From the NCBI GenBank assembly GCA_977030845.1, contig OZ365111.1, forward strand, positions 20,088,001 through 20,152,000: DNA of 64,000 bases. The letters run 5' to 3'. The notes beneath the pieces were generated by a model. The model ran no database searches. It had not been told where the DNA came from and worked only from the letters and a program-made list of their open reading frames with translations. The stretch comes from Fimbriosthenelais zetlandica. Lineage: Eukaryota. Below are positions 40,647 to 55,200 of the stretch, piece by piece (within the stretch, counting starts at the first letter, position 1; the number at the start of each line of letters is the position of its first letter). The position numbers and the translations under genes are program-made.

Positions 40647-41855
40647 GGCTTAAGCAAAGCAATAGATGCCAAAGGTAATTTCATTATAAAATATAATGTA
40701 AGTAAAGTTCAAAACTCAGGAGTGTAGGCTATGAGAGTTAACTTATAGTTTAATATTATATAGTTTACCATTTCCAGCAAATTCAAAGCCAAGTTTACAC
40801 ATATTAGACAAAACTATTGCAACATTGCTTGAGGCGTGAGCAATGAGGCAATGATACAATACATTGGTTCAGTGAGTGCACTTTCCATGTCAGTCCTTTT
40901 ATATTTTTTTTCTATAATTCTAGATTATGAGAAAGCCTTCCGTGACATTGATGTGGATGGGGATGGGTGTCTCAGCATTGAGGAACTTCGTCGACTTTTT
41001 GAATCTCAAGGACAGACCTACACAGAGGATGAACTGCGTCAAATGGTGGCAGGCGTGGACAGAAATTGTAATTGTCTCCATATTGTAGCAAAATTATCTC
41101 CCTTTTAATCAATTTTGAAATAGACAGTGATTTCACTAATCATAATCTAAAAGCGTTTTTGTATGCGGAGGCTTCCTTCCCAACAAGATCGATTTCTCAT
41201 GATCTTTGATCTTAGAAATTGCCATTGAGTCTTTAAGTTTATTTTATTGAACATGATATAGGATTAATGCTCGTTATTTTTTCAAGTCAATGGCACGATT
41301 GAACTGGACGAATTCATGGAGCTTATTAAGCTGAGTACCTCGGGCAAGGAAGTGGGACATGATGAAATGCTGGCAGCCTTCAGAATATTTGACAGAGATG
41401 ACCGCGGCTATTTGAGCATGTCAACCCTCAAGTTTATCCTGACTAAAGTCGGCCCTACTCCCCTCACAGACAACGTGAATGAACTGCTCCAGTTTGCTGA
41501 CGTCAGAGGGGATGGAAAAGTCTACTATAAAGGTTTCATTTTTACTAAATTTCATCTTTAAGTTTTAAAATAGTAAATTAATGAATTTTAATGTAAAGTA
41601 TTATTTTCCACTCGTTTAAAGGAAGATTCCTAACTTAAACATATATGCACACACTAGACACATTAAGGGTAGGCCTATTGCAAAATTGCCTCATATAGGC
41701 CTATGCATCAAAACATGTTGCAATAATGTTGTCTATATTATAATGTCTGTACACTACAGGAATCTATAATATCAAGGTAAAATCTCCTGTTGTTTTCTTT
41801 ACAATTTCTAGACGTCGTAAGAAGAGTATTCGAGGCGGATACAGGCTCAAAATGA
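40647..41855 (+). CDS. Calmodulin-like four-EF-hand protein; ATG exon not located
   Basis: Exons 40647-40674 (GLSKAIDAK), 40924-41067 (144 nt, phase 1-1 as in calmodulin exon 3), 41287-41532 and 41812-41855 (DVVRRVFEADTGSK*). EF loops DVDGDGCLSIEE, DRNFNGTIELDE, DRDDRGYLSMST, DVRGDGKVYYKD. Confidence 0.88.
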
Positions 41856-44800
41856 ATGGACGCTGTACCCACGGACGGTGACAGTGACGTCACTGAACCC
41901 CGGCACTGAACCATATTATCCAAAATGGTTATAGCCGATAATATTCCTTGTGTCTTATACAGAGAAAAAAATCTCAAGCAATTATTTATGTAATCGATTC
42001 TTTTTTTATTTTTGGAAAATTGGGATGATTGTTAGGCCCTATATTTCCTCCTGTCATCTGTGCTGAAATACGATACCCTAGCCTAGCATGTCTGAGAGAC
42101 TGACCTAGCCTATCTTCCTACTTCAGTTCATAACTGATGCAAATTTAATATGTAAAAGTAATTATAAAGTATGTATTTCCAAATATAAGAATGAATGCGT
42201 TGCTATTACACCGTTATAGGCTACAAATCTGCGGTCGTAAATCAGTGGTGTCGGATGAGCTCCCGTTTAGTTCCACTGTTTGTAGTTTCAGTGAGTGGCG
42301 CCACCGTTTGTGCTGAAATCTTCGAACAGCTATCTGTACCCTGTATAATAAATCTGAATGAAAGTACTATCGATAGTGCTGTTACTACAGTGCCTATATC
42401 TATGTGATCAATGAGTAAAGCCTTCCTATTTTAATCACATGAAAAACAAATCAGGCAATGAGGTGTACATTTCATGATATTAATTCGCCTTCCCATTCTC
42501 TAATATTGGAGATATTTTCATTAAACTCGCTCTAACAGCCACGAGTTCTTTATTTTTGTGAACCAATATTTTTACTCCATAGAATGGAATCTCAATTTTA
42601 AATTAATTAATATATCAGCTGAATATGGGCATACTCTGAAAGACCTGCGAACTACATGTAGTCTGATACATGAACCTCTCATTCAGGTATCACAATGGCC
42701 TTTCAAGTGTACTATATAATACTTTATATAATAATTTATTTGCCAGTTGGGAAACAGTGTTTATAAGCCAATTATCGAACTTCAAATGTTCAAGTTCAGA
42801 ATATGCGTCTATCTGCTTAATTTCCTTGGATGTATATTAGACCTACACCTAGGCCCATATCAGTTCCAAAGACAGTTTATATGCCCCGGGGTTTTGAGTT
42901 TTGAACAAGGTCTATCCATTTATTCCTTATTTTGATCCCCAAAAGATCTCCGTCCGCCTTTTTGTGCGAGAAAGACTTCTCTGCACTTCTGGCTTTCTTA
43001 CACAAACAAGAGCTCCCCAGGTCTGCCCAGGGGTGGTTTTGTCGGTCCCTATTATCTCTGGAGGGAGGCGTATATACCTAAATTAGCCGTGAGATGAACG
43101 GGCTCGGGTAAAGTCTGCATATCAGAGACGTCTCTCTATGGAGAAGCCTAGGCGGACAGGTATGTGGATGGACCTGCCTGGAATACTCCACCGCCAGCAG
43201 TGCTATTCCCCTACACATGTCTGTCATACTTGCTCTCTATCAGGAAGGGCCCTCAAGGTAGGGGGAGTGGGGGCATCCTGGCCCCGAGACGTACTTAGAG
43301 GCGCGAACTCCCGCCAGACGATACAGCTTCAAACACGGCCGGGGCATGTGTGGGCCGCTAGGATCGCTGCTTATTCGTGCCCATGTTCACTGTTCGGATG
43401 GCTGTCATTGTTTCTGTCTCATCAATCAGAGAGGCTGCTGCCTTTAGACATTACAACCATGCATCACCCTCGCCATTGCGACGTCAGCCCCACACTGCAG
43501 TTTAGCCTTGTATTATCAAAATGGCTTCCACTTCTCGCCAGATTTTCCCGCATGCTCTTTTCAAATACCTGGCTTCCTTTCATCTCCCCTTTAGACCACA
43601 GCAATTCTCGACTTTGAAGATCTTTTAGAAAGCCGTTCTTGTGAAAATATCCGCAAACTGCCAGATAAAAGTGGGAGATATTAACTGTTTTGGCCATGGG
43701 GTTATGCAGGTGAGGGGAAGTTTTGAGAAGCCAAAGGCCATAAAAATCAGCCTTGCATAGACAAAGCTGTTTACCTTGGGGATGATTGAATTGCTCCTTT
43801 ACAAATTTTTGCACCAATTTCTTGGGGAGACATAGCCGACATAGCTGGCAAGATGAAGCAATGCTTTCAACAGTCTCTTTCACTCAAGCATCGACAGAAA
43901 ATCTGCTAGCCAACGCAGGGAATTTGAGAAATAACAGGCAGGACATGACAAACGTCAGGTTTTGCCAGGTGTTGGAAGACCCCAATGTAGTCTATAACCA
44001 TGAGATCCTTTACTGCCCAAACTACAGAGTCAACCACCATTTTTTGTCCACCAAAAGCCTTGTAACGACAAAACCATTTGTTTAGAATTCCTCCGAGCAA
44101 AACAATTATCACCTGTTAGCCATTAAACAAAGTCTCCTCAAGGGAATGGATGCTTAACAACAGGGAGCAGCTATAGGGGCCTATATTTCACTTTATTGCA
44201 GAATAGTTATATAACTCATGGTTCATATTTAAATTTTAGTCTGATTTTTATTAAAATGGGAAGCCACTGTCTCCTACGCTAAAGCAATTGGAGAATTATA
44301 AGCAATATAACGGAGGACTGCATCCAATTAAGGCAGTTGAGTTAGGCTAGTATTACAAAATTAGGTTTTATTTGAGATGATCATGAATTACGGATTATTC
44401 TCCCCATTTTTTAATTCAGAGAGCTTAGAAGAAAAGTATAGAAGGACATTTTCCCAAGCTACTGAAGTGCTGGTGGTAATCCTGCCACAATCAAAAAGAT
44501 GCCATGTTATGACTGCACAAGAAACCTACCAGTACTTTCTGGAAGAGGTCCAATTCTACAGAATCGTTCGGCTTGGGCATATCTATACCAGTATAGGAAA
44601 AAAATATCAGGGGATTTAATGCACTGGTACATGATGTATAAGAGAGGCGATTGTGATTCCTTGTACCACCCAAAGAGACTGGCATTCCTACAGCCTGTTG
44701 CTGGTTAGTCTCGGCTCCTCTCTAATGTAAAGTGGTTGTGGGGAGTCGGTAAAGGGCCACTGGATGTTGGTAATAAGAATATGGAGGGCCAAGGTTAAGC

Positions 44801-47800
44801 AAAGTAACTGTGGGAACAGCCGGTTTGTATGTTCCTTAACAGTTGTGAAATGTTGGAGTGGGAGAATAATGATAGGTTATATCATCCACAAAAAGTTTAA
44901 TTTGCTTCTTGAGCTATCCCTCCCCCTTTGCCACCTTCTATCTGTCTTTATATCTCTCTCATCAACTATCCCTCAGGACATTTTTCCATCCAACGATTTG
45001 TCCATCCATCAATCCATCCATTTAGCCATGATCTACAAACCCATACAATACCCCCTCTCATCCACCATTATAGATTTGAAATCATATATACATCTCATAA
45101 TATAATTTATAAAGCTTACGGCTGTTATTTCAATTAAATCCTATGATAACAATCAAATCAGAAAATGATTGAGAGATTATTACAGCAAATATGCCTATAG
45201 ATTCCCAAACCAGATGTCCTCAGAATTACACCAATAAAACAAACAGAGTGGGTGGTGTATATATGAATTCCTCACTTATAGAGGAGGAACTCTGCGCACG
45301 CGTTCAATATGTGATGCTGAATGCCATCCTGTGAGAGACCATTAACTAATGTCCAGTAAATAATCCACGGTTCATTTGGCGAGCCATAGCCAAGGAGAGG
45401 GGAAGCATTTGGCAGATGTTCTTTATCTCAAGAGTGAAGGTGTTGGTGTGGGTCGCACATCAAAAGCTGTAAAGACGGATGGTAAGGCCATCTCAAGCCG
45501 GTGTGGGTTTACCTAGCAGACATCAGCCTCCACACGCCATCAACAGCTACTTTCTTACATTACATCCTTTACATCAACTCAATGTCAGAAACACAAGACA
45601 TACTGACGTAGTCTTCATAAAAATATGTATGGCTCATATACTGTCATTTTGTTTAGGTTCATTTTCAGAAGGGGGCATATCATTCAGTTGAGCTTTCCCC
45701 CTCTACAAGGGTATAAAGGATTTGGTCTTATCGCTATTGGTCATGGGAAATGTCAGAGAATATCATTCAAAAATCAAAACGTATAATATTATCCCTTCGT
45801 TCCCACTATCTTTTCAGGGGGCATCTTTACATTGGAGGTTGAGTGAAGGCATGCAGTGATGCACACAAGATTGGGAACATTGCATAATTGGGAAAGGAGT
45901 CTATAAATGCAGTCAAACTGAACTTTTCTCAAACATGGAGCCAGAAATTAAGCCACCATTGTGTGTTGATACAAACTGACATACAAATAAAAATATGATT
46001 GATAATATTCCTCAAAAAGAAACGCCAGTCATATTCCCAGAAAAATGATGTGCGAAGAAAAAATACGTCCATGCCCATAGAGAAAAGTTTAAGAAAACGT
46101 CTTCGACTGTTTTTGATGCATGGAGTTATGAATTAAGAGGTAAGAGAGTAAACTGCCTACATATTGCTGCCACATGTGGAAGAGAACCTTAGCATAGCTC
46201 TCTCAAGTATTGACAAGCCATCCATCGGTAGTATAGCCCACCCTTCGCGGTCTAGCCGCCACGTGCCCGGTGTCTTGCCCCCTCATCAAGTCATTCCTAT
46301 ATCCCTTTTCACCCCTTGCCCCTACCATGTCAGTCAGTGACCCAAAGCAGTAAGCTAGAACAACGGAAGGCCTCACCACTTAGAAGTAGCTTAGTGTGAG
46401 TTCCCATATGTATACAAAGACTTTGAATATCGTTAAGAAAGGGACTGGAGGATACGGAGAAGATGTGTTTTATGTTCAAAATCGTTGTTTCCTGCTCAAT
46501 GCATGGGAACCGCGCAGTTTGAGCAGACCCTAAACTTTTCATGGGCACGAAAGGAGAATTTATAGGAACAAAGGATAGGACAACTATGGGGGTTGGGGAG
46601 GGGTTACAAGATGAATACTTCTGCATCACATGGGCCCTACTGGATTCCAATGAATTAGGCATATATATATGGTCCTGAGATGAAAACCCATTTATCTATA
46701 CTACTCATTAGCGGCAATGACCAAATATGGTTGAAACACAATACGATAGATCAATGGCCTACAGCTTGTATAGAGGCGCACAAATAGTAGGCCCCAATAG
46801 CTCTTGCATTTTTGTAGGACTAGAGGGCCCTATTTCTATGATTTTGGGGGCCACAAGGCTGGATCCGACCGTCATTATCTAATATAAGCCGTTACTGTAT
46901 TGACAATCATATAACATTGTCATAGAAATAGCCTGGGTTCAAGAAGGGCAGAATTTCTCGTATAGGCCTATGCCTCAATTAAGGGACCAAGCATCGCTAA
47001 TCTTACAACCAATTTAAGTCAATATCAAGCCCTTAGAACTCATTATCTGAACCAAATATAGGCCTATACCTATATTCTTATTATCATTCCACTCATCATA
47101 AAAATGTGAACGATTCTACAAATATTGAATCAATAATAGCTCTAAAGTAGCCTATCACAGAGCAAATGTTGCCCTTAGTGGATCTGGATCTAATGATAGT
47201 TAACTTTTGAGGGAGGAATATTATCGGTTATAGGTGAGCTATGACGACCAAAGGTCAGTCATGCCAATCCCATTACTTGACATCCTTATCATACAGCCAC
47301 ATTCCTCAGCAGAGGCCAACTATTCCAAGCACTGTAGGTGGCAAGCCAAGGTATGACCTCAGTATCTAGTCTTACCAAGGGGGGCACTCCTCATTTAAAT
47401 AGGCCCACTCGCCAGTAAATTCACGAGGGGCCTTATAGAGTGCTTATTCACTCCAAGGTCGGATCTAGGTAGGGGGCGGGGGGAGTTCTGGGGGTCAGAA
47501 ACCCTTCATTTGGTGGATTTAGTATTTTAGCTACGTCTGGAACCGACCTCTCAGAGGACTAACCCCGCCACCCTTTCCCTTTTCCCCAAATCCATTTGGC
47601 ATGCTAGCCTATATAACAAATTTTATATAGACCGAGATGATCTGTTTGCCACTTCGGTCTTGGGATTTAAACATGGCAGAGATTAATAAATGAATTTACC
47701 ATGATAATATCGTAGTGCCCCCAACCCCCTACAGTTCTTGAAGGTCTAGCCCTCCACCCTGAAACGATATGCAAAGCAATATCTGAGCTGCGTTCCGCCA

Positions 47801-50800
47801 ATATCGCTCATGCCGACTGCGACATTTGAGGCGGGCCCTGACTGTTGATTACAAAGTGCCGCTATCAGCATTGTCCAAATGGAGTACATTCCTCACAGGT
47901 TCACCATAGACGTCGCCCTCAAGTCAACGCCGCTGGTGATCTGCGAGCTCAAAGCGCAGGCGCCGAGTGGCGTCATTTCCGCTGGCATTAGAGCGAGTTT
48001 CTTCAATGAACTGTAACTCGATTTGAGATATGGTGGTCTTAGATGATCCACGATCACAGCGGACTTTATCATAATTATGTTTTCCTTTGCATTGCTCGTC
48101 TCGCTTTCATGCTAAGTTCCCATGCCATCTATAATTCTTCAGTCCACTATATTATGATCCCTTCGGTTAAATAGGACTGTAAAAAAGTGACCATATAGCA
48201 CATGCATTGCCCGCAGAACTATTTTTTACGTTGTCTACATTAGAAATGGTAGGGTCTATGCCCTAGGGAAAGGGAATTTAAAAAAAAAAGAAAATCTGAA
48301 AATTTGTGACATTTTGGAAAATAACAATTGTTCAAGAATCTAATAGGATATATATAGGCCTAAAAGAGTGTGGTGAGTCAACAAATTTGTCAGAATAATT
48401 TCAGTAGTGAAATTGACATATTCTTCCAGATAGAGTCATCAATTATCATGATGGCACCGGGCAGACTTATGGTCGATTGTTTTTCCACCACACTACACGC
48501 TCTCCTGGGCAACCAACAAGTATACATGTTGCCCAGCTATAATATAACCAGGCCTACCCAGGACCGAAGTGGGTGGCCGCATTGGTTTCGGCCCATTATC
48601 TAAGACCAAAACGTGTGGGAATTTGCGTATTTCAAAAGGGAATGTGGATAATCTATGTAGCTCGATCGCAGCATTGCTAACTTCAAACACCTAGGCGAGC
48701 AGTAGCTGACCTTGGACGTTCCGGCCATTCCGCTGTATCGCTGGCAACACATGCGCTCGCTCATCAGGCAAATAAACGCCACAAGGAGAAACATTAAGCA
48801 TACTTCATCCTGGCCTGGCATGTCGGTGATCCAGAGCTAGTCCCCGCCTTCATCCCACCATGATGACAGATGCCCGACTTCTCCACCCCAACAAGGATCA
48901 ACTAGCAATTTGCCCCTTGTGTGAGATGGTAATGAATGCTACAACTCCCTCCACATATATATATATCAAACAGAGAGAACAGAGTAGAAAAAAACTTTTC
49001 TGCCTTCCGCTCGTCTTCTTCTTTCTACAACTCTCAAGTGCTTTTTATCCGTGTCTTTCTCTGGTTGGATAACGAGAGATAACAAGACTGTTAGAGGAAG
49101 AAAGTGAAAAATTCATGGTTCAAAACTTTTCGTCGGTATTTCGACCTTTTAGGCTTATAGCCCCTAGGCTATAGGCCTCGGTATTGATCCATGGACACTT
49201 TCCCTTTTGGTTCCTAAGTTAGTCACCGATTGATTGATTAAAAGATGTCTCACTGATTAATTGTTTGGATATTTGTTGGTGCTATATCCATGAGTCCATG
49301 TGCTAATGTATGCATGGAGAACGCCGTTTTTTTTCTTAAAGGGACCCGTGCTCGCATCAGGTCTAACGAGTAGCTGCATTTATAGATGTAAGGCGGCACA
49401 TATGATGGATTATTTGTCAACAATATTTAGTTTTCACTTACTTTTCCTTCCTTGTTATAAATGGTTCCTTCCTAGTTAGCCGAGGGCGCTGTGGTAGGTA
49501 TATTTGTAGCGTAGACTGAATACCCATTTTAGACAGTTGTGACGTCTAATAGAACATCCTATAACGTATTCTAGAGGCTTGGCGCAGACACCCAAACATC
49601 TGTGAATAAAGCCAAGCAAACCAATTCCATATTATATAGGTATACCATGTTCCTAAATGACAGAAGATAGAGTGATACTATTTAACAAATTATAATGTCC
49701 ATTTAGGCCTATATTATTGGCTCTCTGATCATTATCAGGGGTAGGCCTAGCTATTCCTTTTCATGTTTTGTTCACTGCTCATAACACCACATCAGCATTA
49801 AAAGCTCAGCACAAAAATAAATTTGAAAGTGAGGTAGCCTCTCAGGCTTATTTTCCCCTCCTCTTTTATCTCAACTTCTTCCCAGGTGAACATTTCCTGC
49901 CGTTCATTCTACTTTAGAACATAGGTCAAATTTTGAACATACTCTATACCCCTTAGGTCAACACACCTATATCTCTGCCGTGTTTTCGGGAGAAACATGG
50001 CCAATGCTGTCTGGTCTATTTAATATCGCTCACTCTCTCAGTCTCGTGACCTCTCGTAGATCGACTTCCTGTTGTCCATGGCCTGTCAAACAAGTCAAAG
50101 GCGACAAGGAAAACAAACGAAAGTGTTGCATTTGTAGGTTGACACGTCCAAAGGGAAGATCACACTGTTATGAAATCATCCCCGAAATAAACGAGAGAAA
50201 GTGTTCTTTTTGATCGATTTCAAAGTGATCTCGCCTTTGGATCATTCGGTGTTCTGTGTCCCAGTATTTATTTTTGTGTAGACATACAATATCTGGAAAG
50301 CGACGAAAGCGTAAAAACAACTTAACTTGAGAAGCCAGTGAGTCTGCTGGTCTAAAAACAACCTTTCAGAAAGACATTTTTATTCCCCGTTCGCTCCTCG
50401 AATTTAAACTTCCATTTGGAACTGTTTGAGGGGAAAATTGTAATGTCACTCTTTCATATCCGATGTCAATATTCCCGCTGTAACTTGATAATGAAATCAT
50501 AAAATAAACAATTTTATCGAAAATAAATTTGTAAATCGTTAAAAGGATGTTTAAAACAATGCTCGTGTGGTTATGAATGTAAAGGAAGGGGCAAGCAATG
50601 TATGGTCAAACAAAACAAAACCTAAATGATACTGTAATGGTTTTCGAAATTGCATATAATGGGATAGCATCTCTTTAAAAATATGGGATGGTCCAAAAAT
50701 AGGCCTACTGTGAAATGCTACAAGTAACTAAAACATTTTCCAAAGAAAAATACAGCAGTACGTCACATAAACACACAAGATTTCAGCAGCATTTTCTATG

Positions 50801-51212
50801 CATAAAGCAGCTTTGACTTATTACCTCATTCTTATCAATGATTCACGATCACCGACTTTCAGGCCTCAACATTGACGAATTTGGAGATAAGAGAAACCTC
50901 TCGACGACGTAATAATGAGCAGGTAATGTCTTTCTCTTTACGTTCTTACAACGTCTCAACCGATCCCTAAATACCTGGACAAAGATAAGCATGTCTTCAC
51001 TATCATTAGTATAGGCGAGAGCGAGTGAGAGAAGTTAGTGGCTTGAACCTGGCACTAAGGTCCGTGTCAGTTGTGTTTCTACAACAGATGCAAAAAGTTC
51101 CCTTTACCAAGAACCAGGTTTTGTACATGGAAAATTGCTTTGGTAAAGTTAAGTAAATACACTGGATGGTGATAGCCTTGCTCAGTGTTTTCCAAAGATA
51201 AAGGGATGGATT

Positions 51213-52215
51213 TACAGTCACTAGACAGTGAATTAGTCCGATGTGCTTAATAGGCAGTGTATCCTATGAGAGTGGTGTATATTCAAACACTTGCCAAATT
51301 GTAACCATTAACAATAGAGGTACCAAAATTATGGTGGATAGTCATGAACATATTAAGTCCTTATATTCTAAGTTTCAATTATATCTGCCATAGAAATGGG
51401 ATATAATCGAGCACTAATTAACAACCTCAGATGATTCTTCAGTAGTGAAGTGGGTTTCAATCAGAGGTCAGCCATATCATTCAGGGGGGTCAAATGAACA
51501 TCAGGTTTGTTTTGCTTCTTTACCAACACTATAAGGGCAATGACAATTGTCAGACAAAAGAGATAACAGGGGGATTAAGGAAGATCACACGACTTGAAGG
51601 CAGGTCGGTGCCCAGTCATAGGATGGGGTTTTAAATGTAAATAATCAAAAGTGTCTAAATAGGGTCTGACAGCTATATTACTAACTGCAAATTGTGTTTA
51701 ACTAATTAACTATGGCTTTTCATTCTCGGAATGCAACCTTATAATTACATATATTGCACATAAATATCATTTGGTACCGTAACAGAAAGCCCCTATATAG
51801 CCAAATAATATGATGAGGCTGTGACCTGCTTCATGTCCTGATGGTTCCTCAATACTATTTGGCATTCTTTATCTTGTCAATTGGCATTGCCCTTATACTG
51901 TTGGTAAACTAGCAAACCCAACCTGATGGTCATTTGACCCCCCTGAGTGATATTGGTGACCTTGGGCTGAAAGCCACTTCACTACTGAACAATGAATCTG
52001 AAGTTGTTAATTAGTGCTCGATTATATCCCATTGCAACGGCGAATATAATTGAAACTTTGAATATGTGGACTTTATTCAATTATAAATGGTCATCATAAT
52101 TTTGGTACCTCTATTGATAATGGTTAAAATTTGGCAAGTGTTTGAATATGCACCACTCTCATAGGATATACTGCCTGGTTGGCCAATCGGACTAATTCAC
52201 TGTCTAGTGACTGTA
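51213..52215. mobile_element. Non-autonomous foldback MITE, Tc1/mariner-type
   Basis: TA-CAGTCACTAGACAGTG...CACTGTCTAGTGACTG-TA. Inverted arms of ~350 bp (51215-~51560 versus ~51865-52213) align along their length; ~300-bp spacer; no transposase. Confidence 0.88.
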
Positions 52216-55200
52216 GGTGTGTAGGTGTGAACGAGTATGGGAGAGTTTGGCTTTTTACTTTCTTTCTCTTCTTACAATGTACGGAAGGACTAATAGACCA
52301 GGGCTGATGTATGATTTCTTTAGGTGACACTGACAGAATTATGAATTATACGAATGGATGCATGCCCTTTAAACATTATCATCTTTAAACATTCATAGAT
52401 AACGTTATATTGCCATTGATTAAACAAGACTTGAAAAAAAAAGATTTATAGCATATTGGCCTTCCTCATATCAATGTAGATATAAAGATCTGAAAAGCAA
52501 AGTCTTGGGTATGGAACGTGTGGGGTCGTGATTGCATTTCATCATGATCATGTAAGATATTTTCTGTTTTCCATCACCTTACACAGTTTTACTTTATCGA
52601 CTGTGATACGGGTTTGCCATACTATCACACGGCCCATGGTACACCATGTTATGTCTGTAGATTAGCCTCCTCATGCTCGACATGGACTTTTCAAAGGCAA
52701 GTTCAAAAGGTTAAATGACATCAATCAAAGTCCATCTGGTCTTATCCGAAATTATTCGCAACACCCTCTATGAAAAAATGGAATTAATGGTGATCTTGGG
52801 GAATCTACATATGTTCTCATGTCATATATCAAAACCATAATTCTTTTGATGGATGGAAAGGGTTGAGAAATGAATGTATTAAAGGATATCAAAGCTTTCT
52901 GCTTGTTCACACTATGCATTATGGGTACGGTAAGTTAAATCCGAGGCACTTCCGGTAAATTTTACCACCCAACGACAGACCTCTATGGTGGCGCCGCCTA
53001 TCTCTAGTTTTCTTCTCCCCCTGTGCTCCAAGAAATTTGCCATTGCTGATAAAAGACAGCATAAGTATGTGGAATATTCGGCCCGGCCTGTCTCGTCTCG
53101 AGTTTGTGAATATCATTTGTCGCTCCTGCTGTCAGGTACATTTTGTGAGGGGCTTCGCTCTAAAACCATCCCTACACACAGCCCTGGCGGACACACACGT
53201 CGATGAGACGTTATTCAGTATAGGCCTATACATACAAAGGCTCTTCCTTCTTTTTCCCTCAACCTTTTCCCCTCAACTCCTGCTGAGACTTTCCAACATG
53301 AGAAATAATACTTATGGATTGGAATAGCAATGTATATTACGGGCTCAATTTGGGAAATGTTATCTTAAATATTCAGGATGTGTTATTTAGTCGTGGGGAG
53401 TTGTTGGATTCTAGGTGTGTGGTGGGAGATATATAAGCCCCCTACCGGGGATAGACCTGCTGAGCTAGTCACCGGACACATACCACAGTCTGAACGAGCA
53501 GATAGCCTCCTGAAGAGTTGCTTTATATCATAATATATCGGGTTTGAAGCATGGCTGCCTATCCACATTGCAGCATGATTCCATACATCTTTTCTCGCCC
53601 TCTGCTAAATTAGGGCGGGGCAAAGTCGAGGGAGGGCCCCTCCGCCCGGGGGAACAATATTTATCAGGTTTCAATGTTAACATTTTCACCCTCCGACTCC
53701 ACTGGCTTGGAACTTGGCTTATCGAGTCTAATTATTACATATCGGATATATGTCTCAAGCAATAACTGATGCCGAGGCCTCTGATAGATACCTGAATGTC
53801 CAGGGCTGCGGAGGTCACATTAACGATGGGAATAATTCGCCCCCTATAAGATACCCCTAACCTTTACATTGGTGAACATAGGCTCAATAATCCTTCAAGC
53901 ATCCAAATAAAAACGGTCATAAATCGTGGTATGAAGTAATTATGATTTCAAAATAACTTAATACTGAGAACTTCAGCAATCTAAACTTCCTTATTGAAAG
54001 TAATAACATAGCTTTCCTCTTGAAGTAAGAGCAACGTTGGTATAAGAAACAAAGGTTAACTTATTGCATTTTAACAAAATCTGATACCCCGCGCACGTGA
54101 TTTTCGCTAACAAAATGTTCAGGGATAAAGTATTAATCGAATTTCATCTCTCTGTGTATTCCTAAGTCCCTTAGGTGTCAATGGAATTCAAATTGGATTG
54201 CAGTTATTGCGTCATTAAATGTTGAAGCCTAGTCTTGAAGGCCAGTAATTTGAATACAAGAGTCAAAATATTGACACGTATGGGATGCCAGTTGTACAAA
54301 GACTACTGTCACCAACCACCTTTTGTCATGGCAACGAGCAAACCATGGCGACCCCCACGAACACTCAAGATATTTCTCTAACGCATTTTCGAAAGCTGGG
54401 AGATTAAATCCATCCGTAAAATTCGTCATTTCAACCTTTGGGGGGACAGCCTGGGACACCGATTTGAGTGAAACCGGGCGTGTGGCTTCCTTTGTCGCGA
54501 GGCAGTCGCGAGGACTGGCGATTTGTCTCGCATGATGCGATCGCTAGGAGCAGTGGCAGGCGCAGAGAAGCATTCTAGATGTTTGGCCCAGGGAGGGAAC
54601 CCAGGTGGTCTCGACGATAAAAAGATGCCAGGTATGCAATACTTGCCTTAGATTATCTGATGCTCTGAGTACAGAGGATATATGTCAACCATCATACACG
54701 TTTTGAGCTGCAATTACTTTCTTGTTTTACCCTCGTGTGCGGGACATATTTGCTTTATCAATCTCACACAAGTGAGAACGTTTGATTCTGATAAGAGGCT
54801 CTGATAACGCGCATAGCATAATTCATCTTTATCGTTATTACCGATGAATAAAAACTCGCCACATATCTCCTTGGTCTGATATTAACGAGAAACCAACACC
54901 TTTCCTGACATCCCAATGCCGAATAATGCCTATAAATCATAAAGGTTTATCGCAAAAATGAAAATTCTACAGGAAAAAATGGAAGAAAAATGGTGTTCCA
55001 ATCATTTTTCTTTGTCAGAGGTGCATTGCCTGGAATGCAGAAACAAACCCCGCCCTATGATAACTTTGAAATGAGTTAGTTTAGGTCAATAAACCCTGTG
55101 ATAAATCTGGAAAACATATTGCAGAAATCTTGTCTTGGCTTTAAAAGACAAAAAGCATTCTGTGGTTCTATGGTAAAGACACCGCCTTCGATTTCATACA

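Noticed and set aside
46430-46560. KGTGGYGEDVF kinase glycine-loop-like string
   Set aside because: No VAIK, HRD or DFG motifs follow, and the frame stops early.
47870-48016. EYIPHRFTIDVAL..LVICELK, PD-(D/E)xK nuclease-like
   Set aside because: Short frame with no supporting context; other frames give equally weak alternative readings.
54346-54399. WRPPRT..IFESW resembling the M28 motif [12 protein letters not shown]
   Set aside because: In-frame stop, wrong spacing, no EE motif, and no flanking homology.
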